From the NCBI GenBank assembly GCA_035514595.1, contig DATKAX010000172.1, positions 1 through 57,891 of the forward strand: a stretch of DNA of 57,891 nucleotides, given 5' to 3'. This DNA is from Burkholderiales bacterium. Its GTDB lineage: Bacteria; Pseudomonadota; Gammaproteobacteria; Burkholderiales; SG8-39. The notes beneath the pieces are model-generated. The model worked only from the letters and a program-made list of their open reading frames with translations, did not search any database and had not been told where the DNA came from. Of this stretch, positions 47,646 to 57,429 are shown one piece after another; position 1 is the first letter of the stretch; each line of letters starts with the position of its first letter. The translations under genes were made by a program, and so were the position numbers.

Positions 47646-49006
47646 GCCGCAGCTCCCTGCGCAAGACGCGCGAGCAGCGTGTCGTGGATCCCGCCGAAGC
47701 CGCCGTTGGACATCACCAGCACATGGTCGCCCGGCTTCGCCTCCGCCACGATCGTCGCAACCAGCGACTCGAAATCATCCATGCAGCGCGCGCGCGCGCC
47801 GAGCGGCGCAAGCACCGCGCGCGCATCCCATCCGAGCCCCGCGCTGTAAAGGTAGACGCAGTCGGCCTGGGCGAGGCTCGCAGGCAACTCGTCTTTCATG
47901 ATCCCGCGCTTCATGGTGTTGGAGCGCGGCTCGAGCACGGCGAGAATCCGACCTCGTCCGACCTGCTGCCGAAGGCCTTCGACGGTGGTGCGGATGGCAG
48001 TCGGATGGTGCGCGAAGTCGTCGTACACGGTCACGCTGCGCGCCCTGCCCCGCACCTGCATGCGGCGGCGCACACCGGAGAACGCCGCGAGCGCGTCGAT
48101 CGCCTGCGCCGGCGCGACGCCGGCATGACGCGCCGCCGCAAGTGCGGCCAGCGCGTTCATGCGGTTATGGGCGCCCTGCAAGGGCCAGCGCAGGCGCCCC
48201 AGCGCACGACCTTGCCAAGCGATTTCGAAGCTGCCATCGCTATCCGGTGCACCGGATTGCCATCCCTCCGGCACGCCGAAGCGCTCCACCGGAGTCCAGC
48301 AGCCTTGTGTGAGGACTCGCTTCAGCGCCTCATCCGCGCCATGGGCGACGATCAAACCGCTCCGGGGGACGATCCGTACAAGGTGATGAAATTGACGTTC
48401 GATAGCCGCAAGATCGTCGAAGATGTCTGCATGATCGAACTCCAGGTTGTTCAGGATCGCGGTCCGGGGGCCGTAGTGGACGAACTTGGAACGCTTGTCG
48501 AAAAAGGCGGTGTCGTACTCGTCCGCTTCGATCACGAACAAGTCCGAGCCGGTATGGCGCGCCGAGACCGGAAAGTCGAGCGGCACACCGCCGATCAGGA
48601 AGCCCGGCGCCATCCCGGCGCGCTCCAGGACCCAGGCAAGCATCGCCGCCACTGTGGTCTTGCCGTGTGTACCCGCGACCGCCACGACGTGCCGGCCGGC
48701 GAGTACGTGCTCCGCGAGCCAGTGCGGCCCGCTCATGTAACGCTCGCCGCGGTCGAGGATCGCTTCCATCAGCGGGTTGCCGCGGGTCACGACATTGCCG
48801 ACCACCCAGAGGTCGGGACGGAGCGCGAGCTGCTCCTCGCCGAAGCCTTCGGTGAGCCCGATGCCCAGCGCGGCGAGCTGCTCGCTCATCGGGGGATACA
48901 CGTTGGCATCGCAGCCGGTGACGTGGTGTCCGGCGGCCTTCGCGATGGCGGCAATGCCGCCCATGAAGGTGCCGCAGATGCCGAGGATGTGGAGATGCGC
49001 AGCCAT
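47642..49006 (-). CDS. mpl: UDP-N-acetylmuramate:L-alanyl-gamma-D-glutamyl-meso-DAP ligase
   Basis: It belongs to the Mur ligase family (HILGICGTFMGGIA, AVAGTHGKTT). 454 aa. Confidence 0.9.
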   Translation of the reverse strand: MAAHLHILGICGTFMGGIAAIAKAAGHHVTGCDANVYPPMSEQLAALGIGLTEGFGEEQLALRPDLWVVGNVVTRGNPLMEAILDRGERYMSGPHWLAEHVLAGRHVVAVAGTHGKTTVAAMLAWVLERAGMAPGFLIGGVPLDFPVSARHTGSDLFVIEADEYDTAFFDKRSKFVHYGPRTAILNNLEFDHADIFDDLAAIERQFHHLVRIVPRSGLIVAHGADEALKRVLTQGCWTPVERFGVPEGWQSGAPDSDGSFEIAWQGRALGRLRWPLQGAHNRMNALAALAAARHAGVAPAQAIDALAAFSGVRRRMQVRGRARSVTVYDDFAHHPTAIRTTVEGLRQQVGRGRILAVLEPRSNTMKRGIMKDELPASLAQADCVYLYSAGLGWDARAVLAPLGARARCMDDFESLVATIVAEAKPGDHVLVMSNGGFGGIHDTLLARLAQGAAA

Positions 49007-49043
49007 TGGGGAAGGCAGGAGATTCTATGATTGAATCGGCGTC

Positions 49044-49661
49044 ATGACCCGCAAGAGCACGCGTCCGGGCGGCATGCGCCTGCGCATCGCGGCGGCGGCC
49101 GCGCGGATCATGGCAGAGGACGGCATCGACGATTTCGCTCTCGCCAAGCGCAAGGCCGCCCGCCAGCTGGGGGCCACCGATACCCAGGCGCTGCCGGCCA
49201 ACGACGAGATCGAGGCGGAGCTGCGCGCCTACCGTGCGCTGTACCAGGCGCAGGAGCACCCGGAGCGCATCGCGGCGCTGCTGCGCGTGGCGCTCGATGC
49301 GATGCGCGCGCTCGAGCGTTTCAGCCCCTACCTCACCGGCCCGGTGCTGAGCGGCATTGCCGGCCCGTACGCCGAAATCGACCTGCAGCTGTTCCCGGCA
49401 AGCGCCAAGGAGGTCGAGCTCTACCTGCTCGACCGCAATATTCCCTATACCACCCACGAGGCTCGTCGCTACTCCGGCGACCGGGTGCACGCCGTCAGCG
49501 TGCTTTCGCTCAGCTGGGAGCAGGTCCCGCTGCGGCTCTCGGTGTTCGACCCGCGCGACGAGCGCGTCGCGCTCAAGACCTCGCAGGCCGGCAAGGTTAT
49601 GGACCGCGCCGGCATCGCCGAGGTCGGCGCCCTGCTGCGGGATGCGTCCCGGGCGGCGTAG
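49044..49661 (+). CDS. Conserved hypothetical protein (HTH-like N-terminus, degenerate nucleotidyltransferase-like core?)
   Basis: 205 aa. The N-terminal segment RIAAAAARIMAEDGIDDFALAKRKAARQLG looks TetR-HTH-like. The segment LTGPVLSGIAGPYAEIDLQLF resembles a degenerate GS...DxD minimal NTase motif. Both readings are tentative. Confidence 0.5.
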   Translation: MTRKSTRPGGMRLRIAAAAARIMAEDGIDDFALAKRKAARQLGATDTQALPANDEIEAELRAYRALYQAQEHPERIAALLRVALDAMRALERFSPYLTGPVLSGIAGPYAEIDLQLFPASAKEVELYLLDRNIPYTTHEARRYSGDRVHAVSVLSLSWEQVPLRLSVFDPRDERVALKTSQAGKVMDRAGIAEVGALLRDASRAA

Positions 49662-50166
49662 CGCGCTGCGCCTCGCGGCCGTCGGCGCGGCGGCGGCGGT
49701 CGCCGGCGCGTTCGCGGGAGCCTTCTTCTTGCAATCGCGCAGTGGCGCCGCGCGGTTGCTCTCCACCTCGTATCAGGACCTCTCCGGCGGGCAACGCCGC
49801 CTGATCGACTGGCAGGGGATGGTCCTGATGGTGAATTTCTGGGCGACCTGGTGCGCCCCCTGCCGCGACGAGATGCCGATGTTCGTCGCCGCAAGGCAGA
49901 AATATAGGGCCAGCGGCGTCGAATTTGTCGGCATCGGTATAGATACTGCAGCCAACATCCGCGAATTCGCGAAATCATACGGCATCAGCTACCCGCTCCT
50001 GATTGCCGACTCTGGGGCGATCGAGCTGATGCGGAGCTTGGGCAACCGAAGCGGCGCCCTGCCCTACACCGTGGTTCTTGACCGGTCGGGAAGTCTCGTC
50101 AACCGGCACCTGGGCCCGCTCTCGCGGAGCGAGCTGGATCGCATCCTCCAGAGCCTGCTGGGCTAA
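49642..50166 (+). CDS. TlpA-family thiol:disulfide oxidoreductase
   Basis: It has a signal anchor and the thioredoxin motif WATWCAPC. The start [11 protein letters not shown] is at 49642 (174 aa). Confidence 0.85.
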   Translation: MRPGRRSALRLAAVGAAAAVAGAFAGAFFLQSRSGAARLLSTSYQDLSGGQRRLIDWQGMVLMVNFWATWCAPCRDEMPMFVAARQKYRASGVEFVGIGIDTAANIREFAKSYGISYPLLIADSGAIELMRSLGNRSGALPYTVVLDRSGSLVNRHLGPLSRSELDRILQSLLG

Positions 50167-50224
50167 AATGCTGCGTTCTGCGGCGAAAAATGACGAAAAT
50201 CGCGAAAGCGGCGAAGAGGCGAGG

Positions 50225-50668
50225 ATGGACCTGCGCAAGCTGAAAAAGCTGATCGACCTGGTGCAGGAGTCCGGCATCGCCGAACTCGAGATCACCGAGG
50301 GCGAGGAGAAGGTCAAGATCATCAAGGGCGGAAGCGTGAGCATCACGCCACCGCCCGCGGCGCTCATCGAGTCGCGGCCGGCTGCCGCCCCGGCGTCTCC
50401 CCCGCCGCCGGCGGAGCCCGAAGCCGGCCAGGAAGGCCATGTGGTGAAAGCGCCGATGGTCGGAACTTTCTACCGCGCGGCCTCGCCGGACGCCAAAGCC
50501 TTCGTCGAGGTTGGCCAGGCAGTCAAGGAGGGCGACACGATCTGCATCATCGAGGCGATGAAGCTCATGAACGAGATCGAGTGCGACGCCCCGGGGGTGG
50601 TGAAAGCCATCCTGGTCGAGAACGGCCAGCCGGTCGAGTACGGGCAGCCGCTTTTCATCCTCGGCTAG
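50225..50668 (+). CDS. accB: Acetyl-CoA carboxylase biotin carboxyl carrier protein
   Basis: It has the N-terminus [13 protein letters not shown], a Pro/Ala linker, and the biotinylation motif EAMKLMN. Confidence 0.95.
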   Translation: MDLRKLKKLIDLVQESGIAELEITEGEEKVKIIKGGSVSITPPPAALIESRPAAAPASPPPPAEPEAGQEGHVVKAPMVGTFYRAASPDAKAFVEVGQAVKEGDTICIIEAMKLMNEIECDAPGVVKAILVENGQPVEYGQPLFILG

Positions 50669-52027
50669 ATGTTCGGGAAAATCCTGATCGCGAATCGCGG
50701 CGAAATCGCGCTGCGCATCCAGCGCGCCTGCCGGGAGATGGGCATCCGCACCGTGGTGGTGCATTCGGAGGCTGACACCGAAGCGAAGTACGTGAAGCTC
50801 GCCGATGAATCGGTGTGCATCGGGCCGCCGCCGGCGGCGGCGAGCTACCTGAACATCCCGGCCATCATCAGCGCCGCCGAAGTCACCGACGCCGAGGCGA
50901 TCCACCCCGGCTACGGCTTTCTGTCCGAGAACGCCGACTTCGCCGAGAAGGTCGAGCGCTCGGGGTTCGTGTTCATCGGCCCGCGCCCCGAGAACATCCG
51001 CCTCATGGGCGACAAGGTGAGCGCCAAGCAGGCGATGATCCGGGCGGGCGTGCCCACGGTCCCCGGCTCCGAGGGCGCGCTGCCCGACGATCCCAAGGAG
51101 ATCGTGCGCATCGCGCGCAAGGTCGGCTATCCGGTCATCATCAAGGCGGCCGGCGGCGGCGGCGGCCGGGGCATGCGGGTGGTGCACACCGAAGCCGCGC
51201 TGCTCAACGCCGTCAACATGACCCGCGCCGAAGCGCAGGCCGCCTTCGCCAACCCGGTCGTGTACCTGGAGCGCTTCCTGGAGCAGCCGCGCCATATCGA
51301 GATCCAGGTGCTCGCCGATGCGCACAAGAGCGCGGTGCATCTCTGGGAGCGCGACTGCTCGCTGCAGCGACGGCATCAGAAGATCCTCGAGGAAGCGCCG
51401 GCGCCGGAGCTGCCCGCCAAGCTGCGCGACCGCATCGGCGAGCGCTGCGTCGAGGCCTGTCGCAAGATCGGCTACCGGGGCGCCGGCACCTTCGAGTTTC
51501 TCTACGAGGAGGGCGAGTTTTACTTCATCGAGATGAACACCCGCATCCAGGTCGAGCACCCGGTGACGGAGATGATCACCGGCATCGATCTGGTCCAGGA
51601 GCAGATCCGCGTCGCGGCGGGCGACAAGCTGCGCTTCAGGCAGAAGGACATCGCGCTGCGCGGCCATGCGATCGAATGCCGCATCAACGCCGAGGACCCC
51701 TACCGCTTCACGCCTTCGCCCGGGCGCATCACCTCGTATCACCCGCCCGGCGGGCCGGGGATCCGCGTCGACTCGCACGTGTACCAGGGGTACAGCGTGC
51801 CGCCCTACTACGACTCCATGGTCGGGAAGGTGATCGCCTACGGCGCATCGCGCGAGCAGGCGATCGCGCGCATGCGCATCGCGCTTTCGGAGATGGTGGT
51901 CGAGGGCATCCAGACCAATATCCCGCTGCACCGCGACCTCATGAACGACACCCGCTTCCTGAAGGGCGGCCTGTCGATCCACTACCTGGAGCGCAAGCTC
52001 GCGCAGGAGGAGAAGAAGAAGAAATAA
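50669..52027 (+). CDS. accC: Acetyl-CoA carboxylase biotin carboxylase subunit
   Basis: It has the N-terminus [17 protein letters not shown], an ATP-grasp domain ([20 protein letters not shown]) and [14 protein letters not shown]. Confidence 0.97.
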   Translation: MFGKILIANRGEIALRIQRACREMGIRTVVVHSEADTEAKYVKLADESVCIGPPPAAASYLNIPAIISAAEVTDAEAIHPGYGFLSENADFAEKVERSGFVFIGPRPENIRLMGDKVSAKQAMIRAGVPTVPGSEGALPDDPKEIVRIARKVGYPVIIKAAGGGGGRGMRVVHTEAALLNAVNMTRAEAQAAFANPVVYLERFLEQPRHIEIQVLADAHKSAVHLWERDCSLQRRHQKILEEAPAPELPAKLRDRIGERCVEACRKIGYRGAGTFEFLYEEGEFYFIEMNTRIQVEHPVTEMITGIDLVQEQIRVAAGDKLRFRQKDIALRGHAIECRINAEDPYRFTPSPGRITSYHPPGGPGIRVDSHVYQGYSVPPYYDSMVGKVIAYGASREQAIARMRIALSEMVVEGIQTNIPLHRDLMNDTRFLKGGLSIHYLERKLAQEEKKKK

Positions 52028-52854
52028 TGTCCTGGCTCGCATTGACGCTCGAGGTCGAGGCTGCGGTTGCGGAAGCGCTGGGCGACGCGCTGCTCGATGC
52101 AGGCGCGCACTCGGTGTCGATGGATCCGCCGGCTCAGCACCGCCAGCGCCTGTGCGCGCTGCTCGACCGCGAGGCGGACCCGCGGGCGCTGCTCGGCGCC
52201 GCGGCGCGCTCGATCGACATCCCGCCGCCAGCCGGCTGCGCGTGCCTGCTCGAAGACCAGGACTGGGTGAAGCGCTCGCAGGCGCAGTTCGCGCCGCTGC
52301 GCGTTGGCGAGCGACTCTGGATCGGCGCAAGCTGGCACCAGCCGCCCGCGGATGCCGCGGTCGCGTTGCGGCTCGATCCGGGGCGCGCCTTCGGCACCGG
52401 CAGCCACGCCAGCACGCGGCTCGCGCTGCGCTTTCTTGACGCGCGCATCCGGGGCGGGGAGCGCGTCCTCGACTACGGCTGCGGCTCCGGTATATTGGCG
52501 ATCGCCGCCGCCAAGCTCGGCGCCGCGCGCGTCGATGCGCTCGATATCGACCCGGACGCGCTCGCCGCTACCGCGGAGAATGCGCGCCTCAACGATGTCG
52601 ACGTGCGCGCGTTCGCGCCCGATGCCCTGGGGCCGGCGTCCTACGACATCGTGGTGTCCAACATACTCGCACAGCCCCTGATCCTGCTCGCCCCGCTGCT
52701 TGCCGCGCGCACGGCGCGTGCTGGCCGCATCGCGCTCTCGGGAATCCTTGCGGCGCAATCCGCCGAGGTCGGCGCCGCCTACGCGCCGTGGTTCGAGATG
52801 GCAGCCTGCGGCCCGGAGCAGGGCTGGGCGCTGCTCGAGGGCGCTCGCCGGTGA
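52027..52854 (+). CDS. prmA: Ribosomal protein L11 methyltransferase
   Basis: Motifs are DPGRAFGTGSHASTRL, VLDYGCGSGILAIAA and DIDPDA. It shows a TAATG overlap with accC. Confidence 0.9.
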   Translation: MSWLALTLEVEAAVAEALGDALLDAGAHSVSMDPPAQHRQRLCALLDREADPRALLGAAARSIDIPPPAGCACLLEDQDWVKRSQAQFAPLRVGERLWIGASWHQPPADAAVALRLDPGRAFGTGSHASTRLALRFLDARIRGGERVLDYGCGSGILAIAAAKLGAARVDALDIDPDALAATAENARLNDVDVRAFAPDALGPASYDIVVSNILAQPLILLAPLLAARTARAGRIALSGILAAQSAEVGAAYAPWFEMAACGPEQGWALLEGARR

Positions 52855-53615
52855 GCCTCGTCACGCGCTGCGCGGTCTGCGGCACCGCTTTCCGGGTGCA
52901 GCGCGCACAGCTCGCTGTGCGCGGCGGCAGGGTCCGCTGCGGCAAATGCGGCACCGTGTTCGACGGCGTCGCGGGACTGGTGGAGGAGGGCGGCGAGCAG
53001 CTTGCGCTCGAGCCTTCGCCGCAGCTCGGGCTGTTCGATCCCTCGCGGCGCCCCCCGCCGCAGCCTCCTGCCGCCCAGCAGGAGGTGCCGCTGCCGGCCT
53101 TCATGGTCGAGGAACAGCCGCCGCGCCGCGCCACCTGGCTCTGGAGCCTCGCAGCGGTGCTCGCGTTTACCCTGCTCGCTGCGCAAATCGTCTACCGCTA
53201 CCGCGCCGAGCTTGCGGCGCTGGTGCCGCAGGCGCGTGCGCCCCTCGAGGCCGCCTGCCAGCGCCTGGGCTGCGAGGTGCCGCTGCCGCGCTGGCCCGAG
53301 CTGATGAGCATCGAGGGCTCGGATCTGCAGGTCGAGCCGGGCCGCGAAGGCGTCATCGTGCTGAGCGCGGTGCTGCGCAATCGGGCGGGCTTCGCGCAAG
53401 ATTATCCCGCGCTCGAGCTCACGCTCACCGACGAAGCCGACCGGCCGGTGCTGCGCCGCGTGTTCGTCCCGCGCGACTACCTCGAGGCGGGCCGCGCGAG
53501 CGATCTCATGGCGCGCGGCATCCCCGCAGGCGGCGAGGCGTCGCTGCGCATGTACCTCGACCCGAGCCGCACCGGCGCCACCGGCTATCGCCTCTACCTT
53601 TTCTATCCGACATGA
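52851..53615 (+). CDS. MJ0042-type zinc-ribbon + DUF3426 domain protein
   Basis: It has a zinc ribbon (TRCAVCGTAFRV...VRCGKCGTVF), one TM helix and a C-terminal DUF3426-like beta domain. The GTG start at 52851 makes a GTGA overlap with prmA. Confidence 0.75.
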   Translation: MSLVTRCAVCGTAFRVQRAQLAVRGGRVRCGKCGTVFDGVAGLVEEGGEQLALEPSPQLGLFDPSRRPPPQPPAAQQEVPLPAFMVEEQPPRRATWLWSLAAVLAFTLLAAQIVYRYRAELAALVPQARAPLEAACQRLGCEVPLPRWPELMSIEGSDLQVEPGREGVIVLSAVLRNRAGFAQDYPALELTLTDEADRPVLRRVFVPRDYLEAGRASDLMARGIPAGGEASLRMYLDPSRTGATGYRLYLFYPT

Positions 53616-54556
53616 AAAAAATCCTCGTCACCGGTTCGATCGCGTACGACACGATCATGGTGTTTCCGGATCGCTTCCGCAATCACCTGCTCGCCGACCA
53701 GCTGCACATTCTCAACGTCTGCTTTCTTACGCCGGAGATGCGCCGCGAGTACGGCGGCACAGCGGGCAACATCGGCTACAACCTGAAGCTCCTGGGGGAG
53801 GACCCGCTGGTCATGGCGAGCGTCGGCGAGGACATCGCGCCGTACGCAGAGCGCTTCGCGCAGCTGGGCATCGGCACTCAGCTCTTCCAGCGCATTGCCG
53901 GGCAGTTCACCGCCCAGGCGTTCATCACCACCGACCTCGACGACAACCAGATCACCGCCTTTCATCCCGGGGCGATGAATTGCTCGCACCAGAACCACGT
54001 CGAGCGCAGCCTCGGCGCGAGCCTCGCCATCATCGGTCCCGACGGCAAGCAGGGAATGCTGCAGCACGCGCGGGAATGCGCGCGCGCCGGCGTGCCTTTC
54101 CTTTTCGATCCCGGGCAGGGACTGCCGATGTTCTCCGCCGCGGAGCTCGAGGAGTTCCTGCGCCTCGCGGATTACGTCGCGGTCAACGACTATGAAGGCA
54201 AAATGCTCGAGGAGAAGACCGCCCGCAAGCTCGAGGACATCGCGAGGGAGGTCAAGGCGCTCGTCTACACCCTGGGGGCGAAGGGCTCGGTGATCCTCGC
54301 CGGCGGTCAACGCCACGAGATTCCCTGCGTTCAGGCAGAGGCGGTGGTCGATCCGACGGGCTGCGGCGATGCCTACCGTGCCGGCCTGCTCTACGGCATC
54401 GCGGCCGGCTGGGACTGGCCGAGCACCGGCAGGCTCGGGTCGGTCATGGGCGCGATCAAGGTCGCGCAACGCGGTGCGCAGAATCACGCGCCCGGGCGCG
54501 ACGAGATCGAGAGCCGGTTTCGCCGCGCATTCGGGCATTCCCCATGGAAAGGATGA
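53612..54556 (+). CDS. PfkB-family carbohydrate/nucleoside kinase
   Basis: It has the N-terminus MKKILVTGSIAYD, then GGTAGN and the anion-hole motif DPTGCGDAYRAG. 314 aa. Confidence 0.85.
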   Translation: MKKILVTGSIAYDTIMVFPDRFRNHLLADQLHILNVCFLTPEMRREYGGTAGNIGYNLKLLGEDPLVMASVGEDIAPYAERFAQLGIGTQLFQRIAGQFTAQAFITTDLDDNQITAFHPGAMNCSHQNHVERSLGASLAIIGPDGKQGMLQHARECARAGVPFLFDPGQGLPMFSAAELEEFLRLADYVAVNDYEGKMLEEKTARKLEDIAREVKALVYTLGAKGSVILAGGQRHEIPCVQAEAVVDPTGCGDAYRAGLLYGIAAGWDWPSTGRLGSVMGAIKVAQRGAQNHAPGRDEIESRFRRAFGHSPWKG

Positions 54557-54560
54557 ATTC

Positions 54561-55010
54561 ATGAAAGGCACAGTCATGGTGGTCGCCGTGGTGGCGGTCC
54601 TCGCCGGATGCGCGACGCGCGAGTCGGCCAATGTCTACAGCAGGCACGAGACCGGGCGCGAGCAGACCGTGCGTTTCGCCACCGTCGACTCGGTGCGCAA
54701 GGTCACCATCCAGGGCAGCCAGTCGGGTATCGGCGCCGCCGCCGGTGGCGTAGTCGGCGGCGTCGCGGGCAGCAGCGTGGGCCACGGCAAGGGCTCGACG
54801 ATCGGGGCGGTGCTTGGCGGCGTGGCGGGCGGCGTCGCGGGTAACGTGATCGAGGGCCGGGCGACCCGCAAGGATGCGCTCGAGATCACCGTGCATCTCG
54901 ACAGCGGCGAGCTGCGCGCGATCGTTCAGGAAGCCGATCTGGATTTCAGGCCCGGCCAGCGCGTGCGCCTGGTGACCTCCGGCGGCATCACCCGCGTCAC
55001 CCCGAACTGA
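54561..55010 (+). CDS. Glycine-zipper outer-membrane lipoprotein (SlyB/17-kDa antigen-like)
   Basis: It has a lipobox (VLAGC) and a glycine zipper (GIGAAAGGVVGGVAGSSVGHGKGSTIGAVLGGVAGGVAGN). Confidence 0.85.
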   Translation: MKGTVMVVAVVAVLAGCATRESANVYSRHETGREQTVRFATVDSVRKVTIQGSQSGIGAAAGGVVGGVAGSSVGHGKGSTIGAVLGGVAGGVAGNVIEGRATRKDALEITVHLDSGELRAIVQEADLDFRPGQRVRLVTSGGITRVTPN

Positions 55011-55419
55011 GGCCGGCGCGGATCTGCGCCGCGTAGCTCTCGAGCTTCTCGCGCGGCGGATTCTTCACCGGCCAGGTGAAACTCATGCCGTCGGCCTCGT
55101 GCCGCGGCACCAGATGGATGTGGAAGTGGAACACCGTCTGCCCGGCGGCCGGCCCGTTAGCCTGGTATATCGACAGGCCAGCCGGCGAGAACGCCGAGCG
55201 GATCGCGCGCGCGATGCGCGCGACGCTGCGGAACACCGCCCCGGCCTGCGTGTCGTCGAGCAGGTAGACGTTCTCCGCATGTGCCTTCAGCGCCACCAGG
55301 ACGTGGCCGGGATTGACCTGGCCGATGTCCATGAAAGCGAGCGTGTGGGCGTCCTCCCAAACCACCGTGGCGGGGATCTGTCCGGCGACGATGCGGCAGA
55401 AAACGCAGTTAGTCATCAC
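54997..55419 (-). CDS. HIT family protein (HINT-like)
   Basis: It has CVFCRI, the histidine triad HFHIHLVP, and a length of 140 aa. Confidence 0.88.
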   Translation of the reverse strand: MMTNCVFCRIVAGQIPATVVWEDAHTLAFMDIGQVNPGHVLVALKAHAENVYLLDDTQAGAVFRSVARIARAIRSAFSPAGLSIYQANGPAAGQTVFHFHIHLVPRHEADGMSFTWPVKNPPREKLESYAAQIRAGLSSG

Positions 55420-56228
55420 TCATCTCCTGGTGCCCTGTACCCGGAGCATCCTAGTTGAAAGACACATCGGTCCTCGAGCCTCAACGCGGTGAGCTGGCCG
55501 CCCCAGACACAGCCGCTGTCCAGCCCCGCGTAGCGCTCGGTGAGCACCAGGCCGAGCGCGGACCAGTGGCCCCAAAGCAGAAACGCTTCCTTTTCCTTCC
55601 TCGTTTCGTACCAAGGGAGATAGCCCGGCGGGGGCTCGCTACCCTTGGCATGGAACTCCATTTTTCCCGCCGCCGTGCAAAAGCGCATCCGTGTCATCGC
55701 ATTGACGACGACGCGCAGCCGGTCCCAGCCTGCGAGCGAATCGCTCCATTGGTCCGGCGTGCTGCCATACAGGTTGCGCAGGAAATCCCTGTAGTCCGGC
55801 GCGCGCAGGGCGGCCTCGACTTCCTTGCCCAGGGAGAGCGATTTCTGGACGCTCCACTGCGGAAGCAGCCCTGCGTGCACCATCGCATACCCGGCTTGCA
55901 CGTGCATCATCGGCCGCGTGCGCAGCCAGGTGACGAGCTCGCTCGCATCGCAGGCGGCCAGCACGTCCTGGAAGCTGTCGTCCTTGCGCGGCCGCGTGAG
56001 GCCTTCGTGCTGGGTCACGAGATGCAGGTCGTGGTTTCCCAGCACGACCACCGCCCTGTCGCCGAGCGCCTTCACGAAGCGCAGCACCTCGAGCGACTTC
56101 GGCCCGCGGTTCACGAGATCGCCGACGAACCAGAGCCTGTCGTGCCCGCGATCGAAACGCAGCTCCGCGAGCAGCGCGCGCAGCTCGTCATAGCAGCCCT
56201 GGATATCGCCCAATACATAGGTCGCCAT
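55416..56228 (-). CDS. apaH: Bis(5'-nucleosyl)-tetraphosphatase, symmetrical
   Basis: The sequence MATYVLGDIQGCYDEL...FVGDLVNRGP...LGNHDLHL carries metallophosphatase motifs. 270 aa. Confidence 0.92.
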   Translation of the reverse strand: MATYVLGDIQGCYDELRALLAELRFDRGHDRLWFVGDLVNRGPKSLEVLRFVKALGDRAVVVLGNHDLHLVTQHEGLTRPRKDDSFQDVLAACDASELVTWLRTRPMMHVQAGYAMVHAGLLPQWSVQKSLSLGKEVEAALRAPDYRDFLRNLYGSTPDQWSDSLAGWDRLRVVVNAMTRMRFCTAAGKMEFHAKGSEPPPGYLPWYETRKEKEAFLLWGHWSALGLVLTERYAGLDSGCVWGGQLTALRLEDRCVFQLGCSGYRAPGDE

Positions 56229-56239
56229 GCAGCCGGCGA

Positions 56240-56554
56240 CTATACCAACCGGTCAGCGGCTCTAGGTGGCGGTCTTGGTCGCGACCGGCACGAAGTAGGT
56301 GGTTTCGCGCAGCGACATGATCTCGAGGAACACTCCATCAGGTGGTATTGCAGCGCGGCGAACACGAACAGGGCGCCGATGGTGGCGCGCTTCGCGGTGC
56401 GCCAGCGCCGCACGGAAGGCAGGTCCTGGGGCCGCAGTGCCTCCTTTTCCTGCAGGAAGGCGCGGACATCCGAGCGCGAAGCCAGGCGCCGACCCGAGAG
56501 CTCCTCGAGATAGCGCAGCAGTGCTTCGCGCGATTCGGCCGGGGTTTCTGCCAT
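56240..56554 (-). CDS. Small hypothetical membrane protein (3' part possibly frameshifted)
   Basis: It has a hydrophilic N-terminal half followed by a TM helix (ATIGALFVFAALQY). The tail after residue ~73 is Arg/Pro/Ser/Cys-rich, whereas the overlapping frame (stop at 56262) reads VFLEIMSLRETTYFVPVATKTAT. Confidence 0.45.
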   Translation of the reverse strand: MAETPAESREALLRYLEELSGRRLASRSDVRAFLQEKEALRPQDLPSVRRWRTAKRATIGALFVFAALQYHLMECSSRSCRCAKPPTSCRSRPRPPPRAADRLV

Positions 56555-56683
56555 GACTCAAGTTAACCGTAACTCGCCACGACCCGCTTATTGTGCTGTC
56601 CTATTTCGATTCCCGTCATTCCCAGGGGCTGTGACCCCCGGGCGCAGTTGCAACGCTGCGCCCGGAGCGTAGGCTTGCGTTTC

Positions 56684-57412
56684 ATGGAGCTTGTGCTCCG
56701 CCTGCTGACCGGGCTGGCGCTCGCGATGGCCTGCGTTCAGGGTGCCGCGGCGCTCTACCGCCTGCCGTACCCGGACGGAGCCGCGTTCATGATCAGCCAG
56801 GCGCCCGGCGGCTTCATCAGCACGCACACCACGCGCGCCACGCGCAACGCGGTGGACTTCGCCATGCCCAGAGGCACGCCCGTACTTGCCGCGCGAGAAG
56901 GCATCGTGATCGCCGCCGAGTGGCGCCACGACTCCGGCGGCCAGCGCACAGACCTGATCGCAAAGGGGAACATCGTCAGGGTGCGGCATGCCGACGGGAC
57001 CATCGGCAACTACGCCCACTTCATGCACGCCGGGGTCGCGGTGGAGGTGGGCGAAGCGGTGCCGGCGGGAAAGATTCTCGGCTACTCCGGCTCAACCGGC
57101 TACTCGAGCGGCCCGCACCTGCATTTCGGGGTGACGCGCGAAGTGCGCGCGGGCGGCACCGTGCAGGAGGTATCCGTGCCGCTGACGTTCTATATCGGCC
57201 ATCCGCCGGTCGCGTTCGCGCCGCGCGTGGGCCTCGCGGTCACTGCCAGCTATGCGTCGCCCGCCGAGCCGCCGCGAGTACCAGAGCGAGGGACAGCGCC
57301 TCCCGCCGTCGCGCTGCCACGTGCAAGCCTCGCAACGATATGGGCGTGGCTCGTCGCGGGGGCGCTGGGGCTTGGGGGCATTGCCTGGTTCTACCGGTTC
57401 TCGAGGAGCTAG
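56684..57412 (+). CDS. M23 family metallopeptidase with a C-terminal TM segment
   Basis: It has a signal peptide (MELVLRLLTGLALAMACVQG), the M23 motifs NAVDFAM and GYSGSTGYSSGPHLHF, and a C-terminal TM helix (IWAWLVAGALGLGGIAWFY). Confidence 0.85.
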   Translation: MELVLRLLTGLALAMACVQGAAALYRLPYPDGAAFMISQAPGGFISTHTTRATRNAVDFAMPRGTPVLAAREGIVIAAEWRHDSGGQRTDLIAKGNIVRVRHADGTIGNYAHFMHAGVAVEVGEAVPAGKILGYSGSTGYSSGPHLHFGVTREVRAGGTVQEVSVPLTFYIGHPPVAFAPRVGLAVTASYASPAEPPRVPERGTAPPAVALPRASLATIWAWLVAGALGLGGIAWFYRFSRS

Positions 57413-57429
57413 ACGTGCCTGAGACGGCT

